DNA from: Vicinamibacteria bacterium
GTDB lineage: Bacteria; Acidobacteriota; Vicinamibacteria; Marinacidobacterales; Marinacidobacteraceae
Assembly: GCA_964291235.2 (NCBI GenBank)
Contig: OZ219816.1
Coordinates: forward strand, 1,472,001 to 1,536,000
Direction of reading: 5' to 3'
DNA length: 64,000 nt
Shown here: one piece after another, positions 46,359 through 56,249 of the stretch
Position numbering within the stretch: the stretch's first letter is position 1
Layout: each line of letters opens with the position of its first letter
Notes under the pieces: model-generated
Told to the model about the DNA's origin: nothing
The model's database searches: none
The model's input: only the letters and a program-made list of their open reading frames with translations
Position numbers and translations under genes: made by a program

Positions 46359-48950
46359 TCAGGCAGGCCGCAACTGCCGTCCGATCCGTGTCCACAGCCA
46401 GGGGACGCGCCGGACCGAGAGGTCGAGCAGGTACGCGATCAGCCCCAGCAGCGCGAGAATCGGCCACAGGGCCCGCGACCGCACCACGCGATCGCCACCC
46501 GCCGCGAGAACTTGAGAAGGGGTGGGCGCCATCACACCACCGGTCTCCGCGGCGAGCGCCGCAAGAGCCGCGTCGTCGGCCGGGAGAAAGCGGTATTCGT
46601 CGGGATAGCTCAGATGGATCGCGCGCTCGAGGTCGGCCCCTTCGGCAAGATCATCCGGCAGGGATTCCCGGACGATACGGAACCGGGCGGTGTCCCCGGG
46701 ACGGAGATCGAGGGGCACCTCGGTCTCGAACCGGCCGGGACCGGTCTGCCGGATGGTGGTGCGCCCCACCAGGCCCGCATACGAAATCTCGAGTTCCGGA
46801 ACTACATCCTCCGGATAGCTTCCGTCCTCCCGAATCAGCGAAAGACTCACGTCGGCCGCGTTCCCCCGGCGCGACACCTCAAAATCGAGGTCAGCGCCTC
46901 GACCGCGACGCATGGCATCGCGGACGACCTGGGTCCAGAACTTGCCGTAACCGTCCCATTCGACCCAGTCGGCGGCCCAACGGTTCTTGCAGTCTGAGGT
47001 GAACATCGCCGCCCGGCCGAGGCCATACTGCCAGCGGGCGAGCAGAGGCTCTTCGTCGGGCCCCTCGAGGAGCACCTCGGCGGTGTCCTTCGCCATCGTC
47101 GCCACAAAGCCCTTGAGTTCCGGCGCGGCTTCAAAATCGAGACCATCGAGCACCCGGGCTAGCTGCCGCACCACGGGACGGAACGGCTCTTCCACCAGCG
47201 TGGCGTCGAGGGCGATCTGGGTCTCCTCAACGAAGATCTGCTGCACCCGGGCCGCGTCCCGGATGAAGTAACTGCGCCCGTCACCCCACTCCGCGATGTC
47301 CGAGAGCAACTCGCGGTCGGCCTCTTCGCCGACCGCAACCGTCGAGATCGTGATCTCGTCCTCCATCATGCGGGTGACCAACTCCTCGTAGTCGTCGGGA
47401 TAGGTCTTGCCGTCAGAAAGCAGGATCACGTGCTTGACCTTGGACGGACTCTCCGTGAGTTGTTCGTAGGCGCGGTCGAGCGCCGGATAGATGTTCGTCT
47501 GCGCGCTCGCCTGAATCCGGCTGATCCCCTCCTTGATCCACTCCCGGTCCGCCACCAGCTGCAGCGGAATCGTGGTGTAGGGATTCCAGTCGAAGGTCAC
47601 GACACCGAAACGGTGGGTGTCCTCCAGGAGATCGAGCGCCGCCTTGGTGGCCTCCTTGGCCAACGCGATCTTCCTGCCGTACATGCTGTAGGACTTGTCC
47701 AGCACGATCACGAGCGACAGGTCCTTCCACTTTTCCTCGATCTGGAAATCCACCGGCAAGGCCTGTTCGAGGATCGACTCCGAGTACCCGTCTTCGCCGT
47801 AGCTGGACTCTCCGGCCGCAAAGACCAGTCCCCCGCCCTCGTCCCGGACGTAGCTGGCCACCTGCTCCATGACCGGCTCGGGAAGACGGTCCGGGGCCAC
47901 GTCGCTCAGGACGACGGCGTCCCAGGTGTTCAGGTCGAGACGGGGAAGCGCGGACGCCGGGGCCATGTTCACCGTAACCCCCTCCGATTCCAGCGCGCTC
48001 CTCAGGTAGCGCGCGCTCTCGGGCTGTCCCTCGACATAGAGAACGTGCGCCTCGTCCTGCACCGGCACTTCCACCGCGCGGCGATCGTTGACTTCGAGGC
48101 GGTCTCCGGCCACCCGGATCTCGGCTTCCAGGACGGTCATGCCCGGGTTCTCGACCCGCACCGGAACGGGAACCGTCGAGGCGCCGGACGGCAACTCCAC
48201 TTCGATGGCTGCCAGTGTCTCCCCGTCGGCAAGCACCCGGATCTCCGCCGGGCCGCCGGCCGCGGAGAACACTTCCACTTCGACTCCGGTCATTTCGCCG
48301 GCGCGCACGGCGGGCGGCAGGTGGATCGCATTCACGAAACCGCCACCGTCACTCCTCACTGCCGACGGCGCCGGGAAAACCCGCACCCCGGCTTCCTTGA
48401 GAAACGCGAGCGCGGCCGCGGTGTCGCCTTCCGTCTCGCGTCCGTCGCTGAAGAGCACTACCCGCTTGAGCCGATCCGGCGGCAGGCGCGCCGCCGCGTG
48501 CCGAAGCGCCGCTTCGATGTTCGTCCGGCCCTGATCCAGCGCGTCCGGCGGCGGCAGGCCCGCGGACGCCCCGCTGTCAAAGACCTGTACTTCCAGCAGC
48601 GCGTCGGCATTCGGCACCGACACCGCACGGTCAGCAAAAGCGACGAAGTGAGCGTCGTCCCCGCCGAGCGCCCGGCTCGCCTCGCGAGCCCAGGCGACCG
48701 CCTCCTGCAATGACCCGGAGGCAACGCTCCGGGAAACATCCACCACGAAAGCCACCGCCACCTCCCGGGAGCCCGCCTGAATCACCGGGCGACAAAGGGC
48801 GAACAACAGGAACGTCGCGGCCAACAGGCGAAGGATCAGCGAGGCGCGCAACCGCAGCTTGGGCCAGCGGAGGTCGGACCGTAGCGCTACCAGCACCACG
48901 ACCGCGAGGAGCGGCAGCAGCAGGAGCGGCCAGAGGGCTTCGAAGGTCAT
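46359..48950 (-). CDS. Membrane-anchored protein with two VWA domains and a glutamine-amidotransferase-like domain
   Basis: N-terminal TMs; MIDAS motifs DVSRS and DKSYS, LFSDG, LLSDG, PLLARWQYGLGR; C-terminal TM. Confidence 0.85.
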   Translation of the reverse strand: MTFEALWPLLLLPLLAVVVLVALRSDLRWPKLRLRASLILRLLAATFLLFALCRPVIQAGSREVAVAFVVDVSRSVASGSLQEAVAWAREASRALGGDDAHFVAFADRAVSVPNADALLEVQVFDSGASAGLPPPDALDQGRTNIEAALRHAAARLPPDRLKRVVLFSDGRETEGDTAAALAFLKEAGVRVFPAPSAVRSDGGGFVNAIHLPPAVRAGEMTGVEVEVFSAAGGPAEIRVLADGETLAAIEVELPSGASTVPVPVRVENPGMTVLEAEIRVAGDRLEVNDRRAVEVPVQDEAHVLYVEGQPESARYLRSALESEGVTVNMAPASALPRLDLNTWDAVVLSDVAPDRLPEPVMEQVASYVRDEGGGLVFAAGESSYGEDGYSESILEQALPVDFQIEEKWKDLSLVIVLDKSYSMYGRKIALAKEATKAALDLLEDTHRFGVVTFDWNPYTTIPLQLVADREWIKEGISRIQASAQTNIYPALDRAYEQLTESPSKVKHVILLSDGKTYPDDYEELVTRMMEDEITISTVAVGEEADRELLSDIAEWGDGRSYFIRDAARVQQIFVEETQIALDATLVEEPFRPVVRQLARVLDGLDFEAAPELKGFVATMAKDTAEVLLEGPDEEPLLARWQYGLGRAAMFTSDCKNRWAADWVEWDGYGKFWTQVVRDAMRRGRGADLDFEVSRRGNAADVSLSLIREDGSYPEDVVPELEISYAGLVGRTTIRQTGPGRFETEVPLDLRPGDTARFRIVRESLPDDLAEGADLERAIHLSYPDEYRFLPADDAALAALAAETGGVMAPTPSQVLAAGGDRVVRSRALWPILALLGLIAYLLDLSVRRVPWLWTRIGRQLRPA

Positions 48951-49128
48951 GAAATCGCGGCGCGGAAACCGGAATCCTATGCGCCGACAAGAAAACGTGC
49001 GGGGGAATGCGCACGGTGCGCCGCCCCCGGCAGAGCCCGTCGTGGCGCGTCCGTGGCATCGATTCGGGCGTTTCGGCTAATTTCGACGACCCGGGCCGCC
49101 GGAAACTCGACGGCCGAAGGAGTCCCGC

Positions 49129-51240
49129 ATGCCCCGTTCGCCGCTCACGCTCCGCCGCTTACGCCGCGTCGCCCTACGGGTGGTCGTCCCGTCCGGGGTA
49201 GCCATCGGCCTCGCCGCCGGTGGGATATCCGTCGCCGGCGCCCAGGAAACCGTCTCCATCGCCATCCAACCGGCCTCCCTCGTTCTCGAGGTGGGCGAGA
49301 CGGCACAGCTCTCGGCAACCGTGATGGACGCCGCCGGCAATCCCGTTCCGGATGCGCAGGTGGTGTTCTTCTCCGGAAACCGTCGCGCCCTCACCGTGAC
49401 CCCGGGAGGGCACGTTGCCGCCAACCAGCCGGGCGAGCACCAGGTCACTGCCCTGCTGCCCGACCAGGCGTTCGACGGGAACTGGGATTACTACAGTTCG
49501 CGCGACCCGGGCGTCCGCGCCTCCATCGGGGTGAGCGTGGCCGTTCCCGGGTTGGCGGAGATCTTCTTCGAGAACGCGCCGCCGCGGGTCTGGGAAGGCA
49601 CCCAGGTGCGGTTCCGCCTCGCGGGCCGCGATGCGGCGGGGCAGACCCGTCGCGGAATCGCGGCGGGGTACGCCACGAGCGACAACGACGTCGCCGTCGT
49701 GGACGAACTCGGGATGGTCTCCTTCCTCACGACCGGGTCGGTCCAGGTTGCCGCCATGCACGGCGAAATGACGATCTACCACGAAGTTGAAGTTCTCACC
49801 AACCCGACCGCCCGGGTGGTGCTCGAAGCGCCCGACCGCACCGCGGTGCGTACCGGGGACGTGCTGCAGTTTCGGGCGGCGATCCTCGATCCGTCGGGGG
49901 CCGAGACCCAGGGACCGGGCATCCGGTTCGCGGTGGAGTCGCGGCCGGACCCGTTCCGGCCGGAGTCCCTGGGGGCCGGCGCACCGGCGCAGGTCACTCC
50001 CGACGGGAGATTTGTCGCCGAGCAGCCGGGGCTCTACACCGTGGTCGCGATGAGCGGAGACCGGCTGGCGCGCCAGACCGTGCAGGTGAGCCCCCGCAAC
50101 GTACAGCGGGAGGTCGAGTTCCTCGGCCACGCCCGGGTCTCCGACCGGGTAACGGGAGATCTCTGGGTCTGGGAGGGCGTGGACGGCCGCGACTACGCGG
50201 TCCACGGCACCTGGAACGCCGAGGGCCACGCCTATTTCTACGACGTGACCGACCCGCGGAACATGGAACTCATCGACACCGTGCAGGTGGACGCACGCAC
50301 GGTGAACGATGTCAAGGTCTCCGAAGACGGGACCCTTTGCGTGATCAGCCGCGAGGGGGCGTCGAACCGGCGGAACGGGATCGTGATGATCGACTGCACG
50401 AATCCGCGCGACGTCGAGATCCTGAGTTCCTTCGACCAGGGGCTGACGGGCGGCGTGCACAACGTCTTCCTCGACAACAATCACGTGTACGCGGTGAACA
50501 ACGGCCGGCGGTGGGACGTGGTGAACGTGGAGGACCCCCGGAATCCCTTCCGTGTCTCACGCTTCGAGACGGACACCCCCGGACGGTCCGTGCACGACGT
50601 CTGGATCCGGGACGGGATCGCCTACCAGGCGGGGCGCAGCGACGGCCTCATCATGGTGGACGTGGGGGGAGGCGGCCTCGGCGGCAGCCCCAACACACCC
50701 GTTGAAATGGGACGTTTTCCGCAGATCACCGGCTGGAACCACGCGGTGTGGCCCTTCCGGAGCCCCTCGACCGGCAAGCTCTACGTGATCGGGGGCGACG
50801 AGGCGTTCTACCTGAATCCGCGCCGTCCGGACGCCGGCGGCATCCTCTGGGAAGAAGAGATTCCTTCGCGCGCCAAGGGCTGGCTGCACTTCGTGGACTT
50901 CACGGACCCGGACAACCCCGAGGAGGTCGCGCGATTTGAACTCGCCGACTCGGGACCCCATAACCTCTGGATCGACTGGGAAGAGGAGATCATGTACGTG
51001 GGCTACTACGACGCCGGGCTCCGAGTGGTGGACGTCTCGGGAGATCTGCTCGGCGACCTCTACCGGCAGGGGCGGCAGATCGCCCGCTTCTTCCCCGAGG
51101 ACAACGAGGGCTTCCTCGCCAACGCGGCGTTCACCTGGGGGCCGCAGCCGCACAAGGGGACCATCTTCCTCGCCGACTTCAACAGCGGCCTCTGGGCCGT
51201 CCGGCTCAAGGAGTCGGAGGCGGATGCGGGCGGTAACTGA
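49129..51240 (+). CDS. Secreted Ig-like plus LVIVD-repeat beta-propeller protein
   Basis: Signal peptide and Big_2-like N-terminus; DLWVWEG.DGRDY, GVHN, HDVW, HNLW, Y.AGLRVVD. Confidence 0.8.
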   Translation: MPRSPLTLRRLRRVALRVVVPSGVAIGLAAGGISVAGAQETVSIAIQPASLVLEVGETAQLSATVMDAAGNPVPDAQVVFFSGNRRALTVTPGGHVAANQPGEHQVTALLPDQAFDGNWDYYSSRDPGVRASIGVSVAVPGLAEIFFENAPPRVWEGTQVRFRLAGRDAAGQTRRGIAAGYATSDNDVAVVDELGMVSFLTTGSVQVAAMHGEMTIYHEVEVLTNPTARVVLEAPDRTAVRTGDVLQFRAAILDPSGAETQGPGIRFAVESRPDPFRPESLGAGAPAQVTPDGRFVAEQPGLYTVVAMSGDRLARQTVQVSPRNVQREVEFLGHARVSDRVTGDLWVWEGVDGRDYAVHGTWNAEGHAYFYDVTDPRNMELIDTVQVDARTVNDVKVSEDGTLCVISREGASNRRNGIVMIDCTNPRDVEILSSFDQGLTGGVHNVFLDNNHVYAVNNGRRWDVVNVEDPRNPFRVSRFETDTPGRSVHDVWIRDGIAYQAGRSDGLIMVDVGGGGLGGSPNTPVEMGRFPQITGWNHAVWPFRSPSTGKLYVIGGDEAFYLNPRRPDAGGILWEEEIPSRAKGWLHFVDFTDPDNPEEVARFELADSGPHNLWIDWEEEIMYVGYYDAGLRVVDVSGDLLGDLYRQGRQIARFFPEDNEGFLANAAFTWGPQPHKGTIFLADFNSGLWAVRLKESEADAGGN

Positions 51241-51242
51241 CA

Positions 51243-51334
51243 GCCCGTGGTGAAGACATCCCGCACCGGCCTCCGGACGTCGCGCACGCCGGATCTGCGG
51301 GTTCGTGCGGGTGCGGGGCGTCTTCCCCGCGGGC
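51243..51334. repeat. Long imperfect intergenic hairpin
   Basis: GCCCGTGGTGAAGACATCCCGCACC pairs with GGTGCGGGGCGTCTTCCCCGCGGGC. Confidence 0.55.
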
Positions 51335-51475
51335 AGGCGGCGCAGATCGCTCCGCGATGCACTCCCCCATGTCGCGCGGGGAGGGGATACTCCTCCCCAC
51401 ACCCCACCCTGCGGCGCTGCGCGCCGCGATTCGCCGCGCACCAGGTGTCGCCACGCAAGGCCAGGCCCGATACCC

Positions 51476-51670
51476 ATGGATGAAACCGCGCGCGGACCCC
51501 GGGGCTTCCTCTACCGCCGGCTCCAGACCCTCCGGTTCTTTCTGGCGTCGTTCCGCTTCATCTTCTTCTTCCTCACCAAGGGCCGGGAGGTCCGGCGCCG
51601 CTACGCCGAGGCCGAGCGCTGTGGAGAGAAGCTCTGGCTGGATCACGGCCCCTTCCGCGAGACCAACTGA
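51476..51670 (+). CDS. Small hypothetical protein (64 aa) with one hydrophobic segment
   Basis: MDETARG...FFLASFRFIFFFL...; its stop is 1 nt before the next ATG. Confidence 0.6.
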   Translation: MDETARGPRGFLYRRLQTLRFFLASFRFIFFFLTKGREVRRRYAEAERCGEKLWLDHGPFRETN

Positions 51671-51671
51671 A

Positions 51672-52685
51672 ATGACGGCTCCCAAGTGGAAGCTCCGGGA
51701 CGTTCCTCCCGCCGAGTATGCCTTCGGATACCGGGCTCCGCCGCGCTCGGGGAACGAGATCAACGGCCACGGGGAACGCGCGCCGCGCCCCGCCACCCAG
51801 GTGTTCCACAACGCCGATTCGACGAAGCCGCTCGACTGGCAGGGGCTCGACGATTTCTTCATGTGCGTGAACCCGTGGCAGGTTGTGAAACACCGCCTGG
51901 TCAACAAGTTCGAGCTGCGGAAGGAACGGGGGCCGGTCGCCCCGCAGGTGATGGACGAGGGCCCCGACAAGAACGCCGCGTTCGTGAAGGCCGCCGCTCG
52001 CGAGGCGGGGGCGAGCCTCGTCGGGATCGCCGAAATCCAGGAAACGGACGTGTTCGAGGGACGGCGGGCGCCGTACCGCTACGCGATCTGCCTGGGGCTC
52101 CCCATGCGCCGGGAGGAGATGGCCTACGCGGCGCGTCCCCGGGGAGCCGCCGAGGTAATGCGGGCCTACCGCCGGATCGGACGCATCGCCATGAGCCTGG
52201 GGAAGACGATCCGGCGCCGGGGATTCCCCGCCAAGGCCTATGGAGACCCGAACGCCACCGACATCCTCCACATCCCGCTGGCCATCCGCGCGGGACTCGG
52301 CCAGCTCGGCAAGCACGGCTCCATGATCAGCCGCGAACACGGCTCCAACTTCCGGCTCGCCGCGGTGTTGACGGACATGCCGCTCGTGCTGGACGCGCCG
52401 CAGGACATCGGGGTGGACGATGTCTGCACGCACTGCCGCCGCTGCGTGATCGACTGCCCGCCCGACGCGATCCACGAGGAAAAGCAGTGGGTGCGCGGGG
52501 AGCAGCGCTGGTACGTGGACTTCGACAAGTGCGTCCCCTACTTCACCAAGACCTTCGGCTGCGCCATCTGCATTCAGGTCTGCCCCTGGTCGGAACCCGG
52601 ACAGGGCGCAAAGCTCAGCGAAATGATGCTGGCGAAGCGCGAACGGAAACGGCCCCAATCACCCACTACCGAGGACACGACATGA
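51672..52685 (+). CDS. Reductive-dehalogenase/QueG-like cobalamin and 2x[4Fe-4S] protein, no Tat signal
   Basis: GASLVGIA, PLAIRAGLGQLGKHG, FRLAAVLTDMPL, CTHCRRCVIDCP, C..YF...CAICIQVCPW. Confidence 0.82.
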   Translation: MTAPKWKLRDVPPAEYAFGYRAPPRSGNEINGHGERAPRPATQVFHNADSTKPLDWQGLDDFFMCVNPWQVVKHRLVNKFELRKERGPVAPQVMDEGPDKNAAFVKAAAREAGASLVGIAEIQETDVFEGRRAPYRYAICLGLPMRREEMAYAARPRGAAEVMRAYRRIGRIAMSLGKTIRRRGFPAKAYGDPNATDILHIPLAIRAGLGQLGKHGSMISREHGSNFRLAAVLTDMPLVLDAPQDIGVDDVCTHCRRCVIDCPPDAIHEEKQWVRGEQRWYVDFDKCVPYFTKTFGCAICIQVCPWSEPGQGAKLSEMMLAKRERKRPQSPTTEDTT

Positions 52686-54271
52686 CGCGGAACAGGTTTC
52701 AGAAACATTCCCTCGCCGGGCGGCGACTCCTGCCGGTGACGCTGCTGGCCGCCGCTTCCGCCGCGGTCCTCTCCGCGTGCGCCGCTCCGCCACCCGAACC
52801 CGGCCTCCGCTTCGCAGTGGCGCGCTTTCAGCACGAGACCTGCACCTTCTGTCCCGGCGGCGACACCGAGGTCGAGGACTGGCTCCGTGTCAGCGAGCCC
52901 GTTTCGGGCGAAGAATTGCTCGGTGCCGGCGGCTACGTGGGCGGCTTCGTCCAGCGCGCCCGCGAGTTCGGCGACGTGGAACTCGTGCCCCTGAGTTCGC
53001 CGGTGGGCGTGTTCGGCGGCTCGTCCCGTAGTTGGAACACCAAGGAGACCTTCGACCACTTCCTGGACGCGATGGTCGCCGAGTTGGAGGCGCTACCGCC
53101 GGTGGACGGGGTGTATCTAGCGCTCCACGGGGCCATGGCCGTCCGGGACGTCCCGCGTCCCGAGGCCGAAATCGCCCGCCGCTTCCGGGAACTCGTCGGC
53201 CCCGACGTTCCCATCGCCGGCACCTTCGACCTGCACGGTAACGAGGACGCCGAATTCCTCGAGCACGCGAACTTCGCCTTCGTGACCAAGCGCTTCCCCC
53301 ACTACGACTCCTACATCCAGGGCGAGCGCGCGGCGCGCGCCCTGCGGATTACCGCCCGCGGCGAGTACGCACCCACCACCGCAACCCGCAAGCCCGGGGT
53401 CATCACCGCCACCGTGCTGCAGTGGACCGGCCAGTCCCCCGCGATGGACATCATGGAGCGGGCGCGACGCTGGGAGGCGCGCGAGGAGGACGCCTACGTG
53501 AGCGTCTTCTACGGCTATCCCTGGTCGGACGTTCCCGACGTGGGCGCCACCGTCCATGTGATGACCAATGGCGACCAGGAACTCGCGGACCGGATCGCCG
53601 ACGACATGGACGACTTCATCTGGCGCGTCCGGGAGGATTTCGCGCTTGGCAGTTATCCCGCCCCGGAGGAGGCGGCGCGGATTGTCGCGGCGGCGATCGC
53701 CGAAGGTGAGACGCCCGTAGCGGTGGGCGACCACAGCGACCGGCCCGGCGACGCGACGCACATCCTGAATGCGTTCACAGCGGCGGGGATCGGCAAGACC
53801 CTGTACGGCACGATCTCTTCGCCCGCCACGTTGGACGCTCTCGCGGCCGAGGACGTCCAGCCGGGCGATCCGTTCGACTACGAAATCGGGGGCTTCACCC
53901 CGTCCGGCGGCTCACCCCGGAGGATCACCGGCACGCTCGAGTACTTCGACGAAGGCTTCGGTTACGAACGGATCGCCATCGTCTCCTTCGGTGACGGCAA
54001 TGTCGCCTTCCTCGTTCCCGCCTACGAGCAGGTGCTCTATCCGGAGGCGTTCCGCATCGGGCCGATCAACCCCGAGGACTACGAGGTCTTCGTGGTGAAG
54101 TCGCGGGTGCACTTCCGGCGCGGGTTCGACGAGACCGGCTATGCCCGCACCATCCAGATCGTGGAAGCGCCCGAACCGTTCGTGGGGACCACCTTTCTGG
54201 ACGCGCTGCCCTACGAGAACGTGGACCTGAGTGAGTTCTTCCCCTACGGGACGCCCCCGAAGCGGCGCTGA
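52682..54271 (+). CDS. M81 family (MlrC-like) metallopeptidase, probable lipoprotein
   Basis: HETCTF, LALHGAM, FDLHGN, FPHYD, DHSDRPG, VVKSRVHFR; lipobox LSAC; ATGA overlap. Confidence 0.87.
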   Translation: MTRNRFQKHSLAGRRLLPVTLLAAASAAVLSACAAPPPEPGLRFAVARFQHETCTFCPGGDTEVEDWLRVSEPVSGEELLGAGGYVGGFVQRAREFGDVELVPLSSPVGVFGGSSRSWNTKETFDHFLDAMVAELEALPPVDGVYLALHGAMAVRDVPRPEAEIARRFRELVGPDVPIAGTFDLHGNEDAEFLEHANFAFVTKRFPHYDSYIQGERAARALRITARGEYAPTTATRKPGVITATVLQWTGQSPAMDIMERARRWEAREEDAYVSVFYGYPWSDVPDVGATVHVMTNGDQELADRIADDMDDFIWRVREDFALGSYPAPEEAARIVAAAIAEGETPVAVGDHSDRPGDATHILNAFTAAGIGKTLYGTISSPATLDALAAEDVQPGDPFDYEIGGFTPSGGSPRRITGTLEYFDEGFGYERIAIVSFGDGNVAFLVPAYEQVLYPEAFRIGPINPEDYEVFVVKSRVHFRRGFDETGYARTIQIVEAPEPFVGTTFLDALPYENVDLSEFFPYGTPPKRR

Positions 54272-54303
54272 CGCGACGCCGCGGAGGTGGGTAGCGCTCG
54301 GAC

Positions 54304-54972
54304 CTACGGAAGCACCAGCGGCCCGAGGAACCCGCCCCAGACCCCCAGACCCGTCCCGATCCCGACCCCGGTCGCCGTCACGGCGATCCACCGGTGCTGC
54401 CGCGGGAAGTACTTCCAGAGGAAGATGCCGGCCCACACCAGGGAAACGACGCCGGGCAGAGCCCACAGGGCCAGCGGGATTCCCGTGATCCGCTCCAGCC
54501 AGCATTCATCACATCCGGCCTGAATCCTGAGTCCGAAGACCGGAAGCACCAAAACCCCGAGCGCGGCCGTGATCCGCAGGTTCGAGAGGTAGCCCATCGC
54601 CACCAGCAGCGGGTGGGCCTTCCACCTCGCGCACAGGTAGCAGCACGCGAAAACCACCACGTAGGTGGCCACGAGTCCCATCGCGAGGGAGAGCGCCACG
54701 CCCCAGACGGGAGCGATCTCGGCGGCGCCGGCCAGGTCCCCCTCCCTCACCGCACGGAGGAAGTCACTCATGCCGGCAAACCCCGCCGAGCCGTAGTGAA
54801 GGGCGGCCCCCGGCAGGCCCAACGACCAGAGGACCAGAAAATGACCGAACTCGTGAAAGAGGGCCGCGGGTGGCGTGGAAACCGCTGCGCAGAACCACCA
54901 GCGCAGCGCAACCCAGGTGCGCGAAGGAGGGGTCGTCGCGGCTCCCGGAGCGCTCCCGCTGTCGGTTGCCAT
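54304..54972 (-). CDS. Hypothetical membrane protein with HExxH (M50-like)
   Basis: LFHEFGH and several TM segments. Confidence 0.65.
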   Translation of the reverse strand: MATDSGSAPGAATTPPSRTWVALRWWFCAAVSTPPAALFHEFGHFLVLWSLGLPGAALHYGSAGFAGMSDFLRAVREGDLAGAAEIAPVWGVALSLAMGLVATYVVVFACCYLCARWKAHPLLVAMGYLSNLRITAALGVLVLPVFGLRIQAGCDECWLERITGIPLALWALPGVVSLVWAGIFLWKYFPRQHRWIAVTATGVGIGTGLGVWGGFLGPLVLP

Positions 54973-55008
54973 GGGACTCCTCAGCCCACCGGGAATCCCG
55001 GCGGCGGC

Positions 55009-56232
55009 CTACTCCGGCTCGTTCAGCCGGTTGTACTGCCGGAGGATGTCACGGAGCCGGTCGTGCGGTAACCCGTAGATCTTGCGGCCGTTCACGCCGA
55101 CCATGTCCCGTCCTGCAACCACAGCGTTGATGATCGCTTCCTCGGTAGCCTGCACCACCCCCTCGAAGAGGGGATTGATGTTGTTGTTGGCGAGGTTCTC
55201 GAGTGGAGCGACGCCGCTCCCGTTGTGCGCGGCCTCCTCGTTCGCGGTCGAGAAGGCGATGAAGATGTCCCCCGAGCCGTTCGAGGAGATGCTGCCCACC
55301 CGCCCGAGGGCGAGCGAAGTCCGGCGGATGAACCGGTTGAGCTGGTGCGGCAGCAGCGGGGCGTCGGTCGCCGCCACGATGATGATCGAGCCGTCGCGCC
55401 CGTAAGCGACGTCTTCGTCCTGGCCCGGCGGGGCGTCGAAGGGGCCCCGCTCCGGCGTCAGCTCCGGGATCTCGCGGCCCACCGGAACGCCGGCGACCGT
55501 CATGAGATTCCGGCTCCCGAAGTTGGACTGGACGAGGACCCCAACCACGTAGTCGTTTCCGCCGGCTTCCACGATCCGTGAGGACGTGCCGATCCCGGCC
55601 TTGAAGCCGAAAGTGCGCATCCCGGTGCCGCCTCCCACCGAGCCTTCCGCCACCGGGCCCGCGCGCGCCGAGTCGAGCGCGGCGAAGACGTGTTCCTCGC
55701 GCACATGGAAGCCGTTGATGTCGTTCAGGAAGCCGTCCCAGGTCTCGGCGACAACCGGCAGGCTCCAGTCGGGCGCGTCGAGGTTCTGCTGCGCCCAGGC
55801 GATCGTGGCCTCGTGGACGGCGCCCACGCTGTGGGTGTTCGTGATCATCACCGCGCCCTCGAGGATGCCCCGGTCGCGAAGCCAGGTGGTGCCGGTCATT
55901 TCGCCGTTCCCGTTGAGCGTGAACCAGGCGGCGAAGACCCTGCCCCGACTGGCCCGGCCCCGGGGCAACACCGCGGTAACCCCGGTCCGTACGGGTCCCT
56001 CGCCGACCACGAGTTCCCCCTCGCCGCGGATGATCGTGTGGTGACCCACTTCGATCCCGGCGACGTCGGTAATGGCGTTCAGGGCCCCCGGCGTACCTTC
56101 GAAGGGCACTCCCAGATCCCGGGCCCGGGGGCCGTCCTGGCCGGCAGCCGGCGCCCCCAGCGCGAACAGAGTCGGCAGAACCAGGGCTGCGGCAGCGCGG
56201 GTCCACCGCGAGGCGTGTGTCCGGGTATTCAT
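55009..56232 (-). CDS. dmpA: P1/S58 family aminopeptidase (DmpA-like)
   Basis: NAITDV.G, RTGVT, NG.GE.TG, PVVAETWDG, GGGTGM, KAGIGTSSR, NGSGD autoproteolysis site. Confidence 0.9.
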   Translation of the reverse strand: MNTRTHASRWTRAAAALVLPTLFALGAPAAGQDGPRARDLGVPFEGTPGALNAITDVAGIEVGHHTIIRGEGELVVGEGPVRTGVTAVLPRGRASRGRVFAAWFTLNGNGEMTGTTWLRDRGILEGAVMITNTHSVGAVHEATIAWAQQNLDAPDWSLPVVAETWDGFLNDINGFHVREEHVFAALDSARAGPVAEGSVGGGTGMRTFGFKAGIGTSSRIVEAGGNDYVVGVLVQSNFGSRNLMTVAGVPVGREIPELTPERGPFDAPPGQDEDVAYGRDGSIIIVAATDAPLLPHQLNRFIRRTSLALGRVGSISSNGSGDIFIAFSTANEEAAHNGSGVAPLENLANNNINPLFEGVVQATEEAIINAVVAGRDMVGVNGRKIYGLPHDRLRDILRQYNRLNEPE

Positions 56233-56249
56233 GAGAGGCCCTCCTGGAA

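Noticed and set aside
51241-51475. Cobalamin riboswitch upstream of the RdhA-like operon
   Set aside because: Hairpins are present, but the conserved GGGAA...GCCACTG...AG(C/T)CAG elements were not found. An Rfam scan would settle it.
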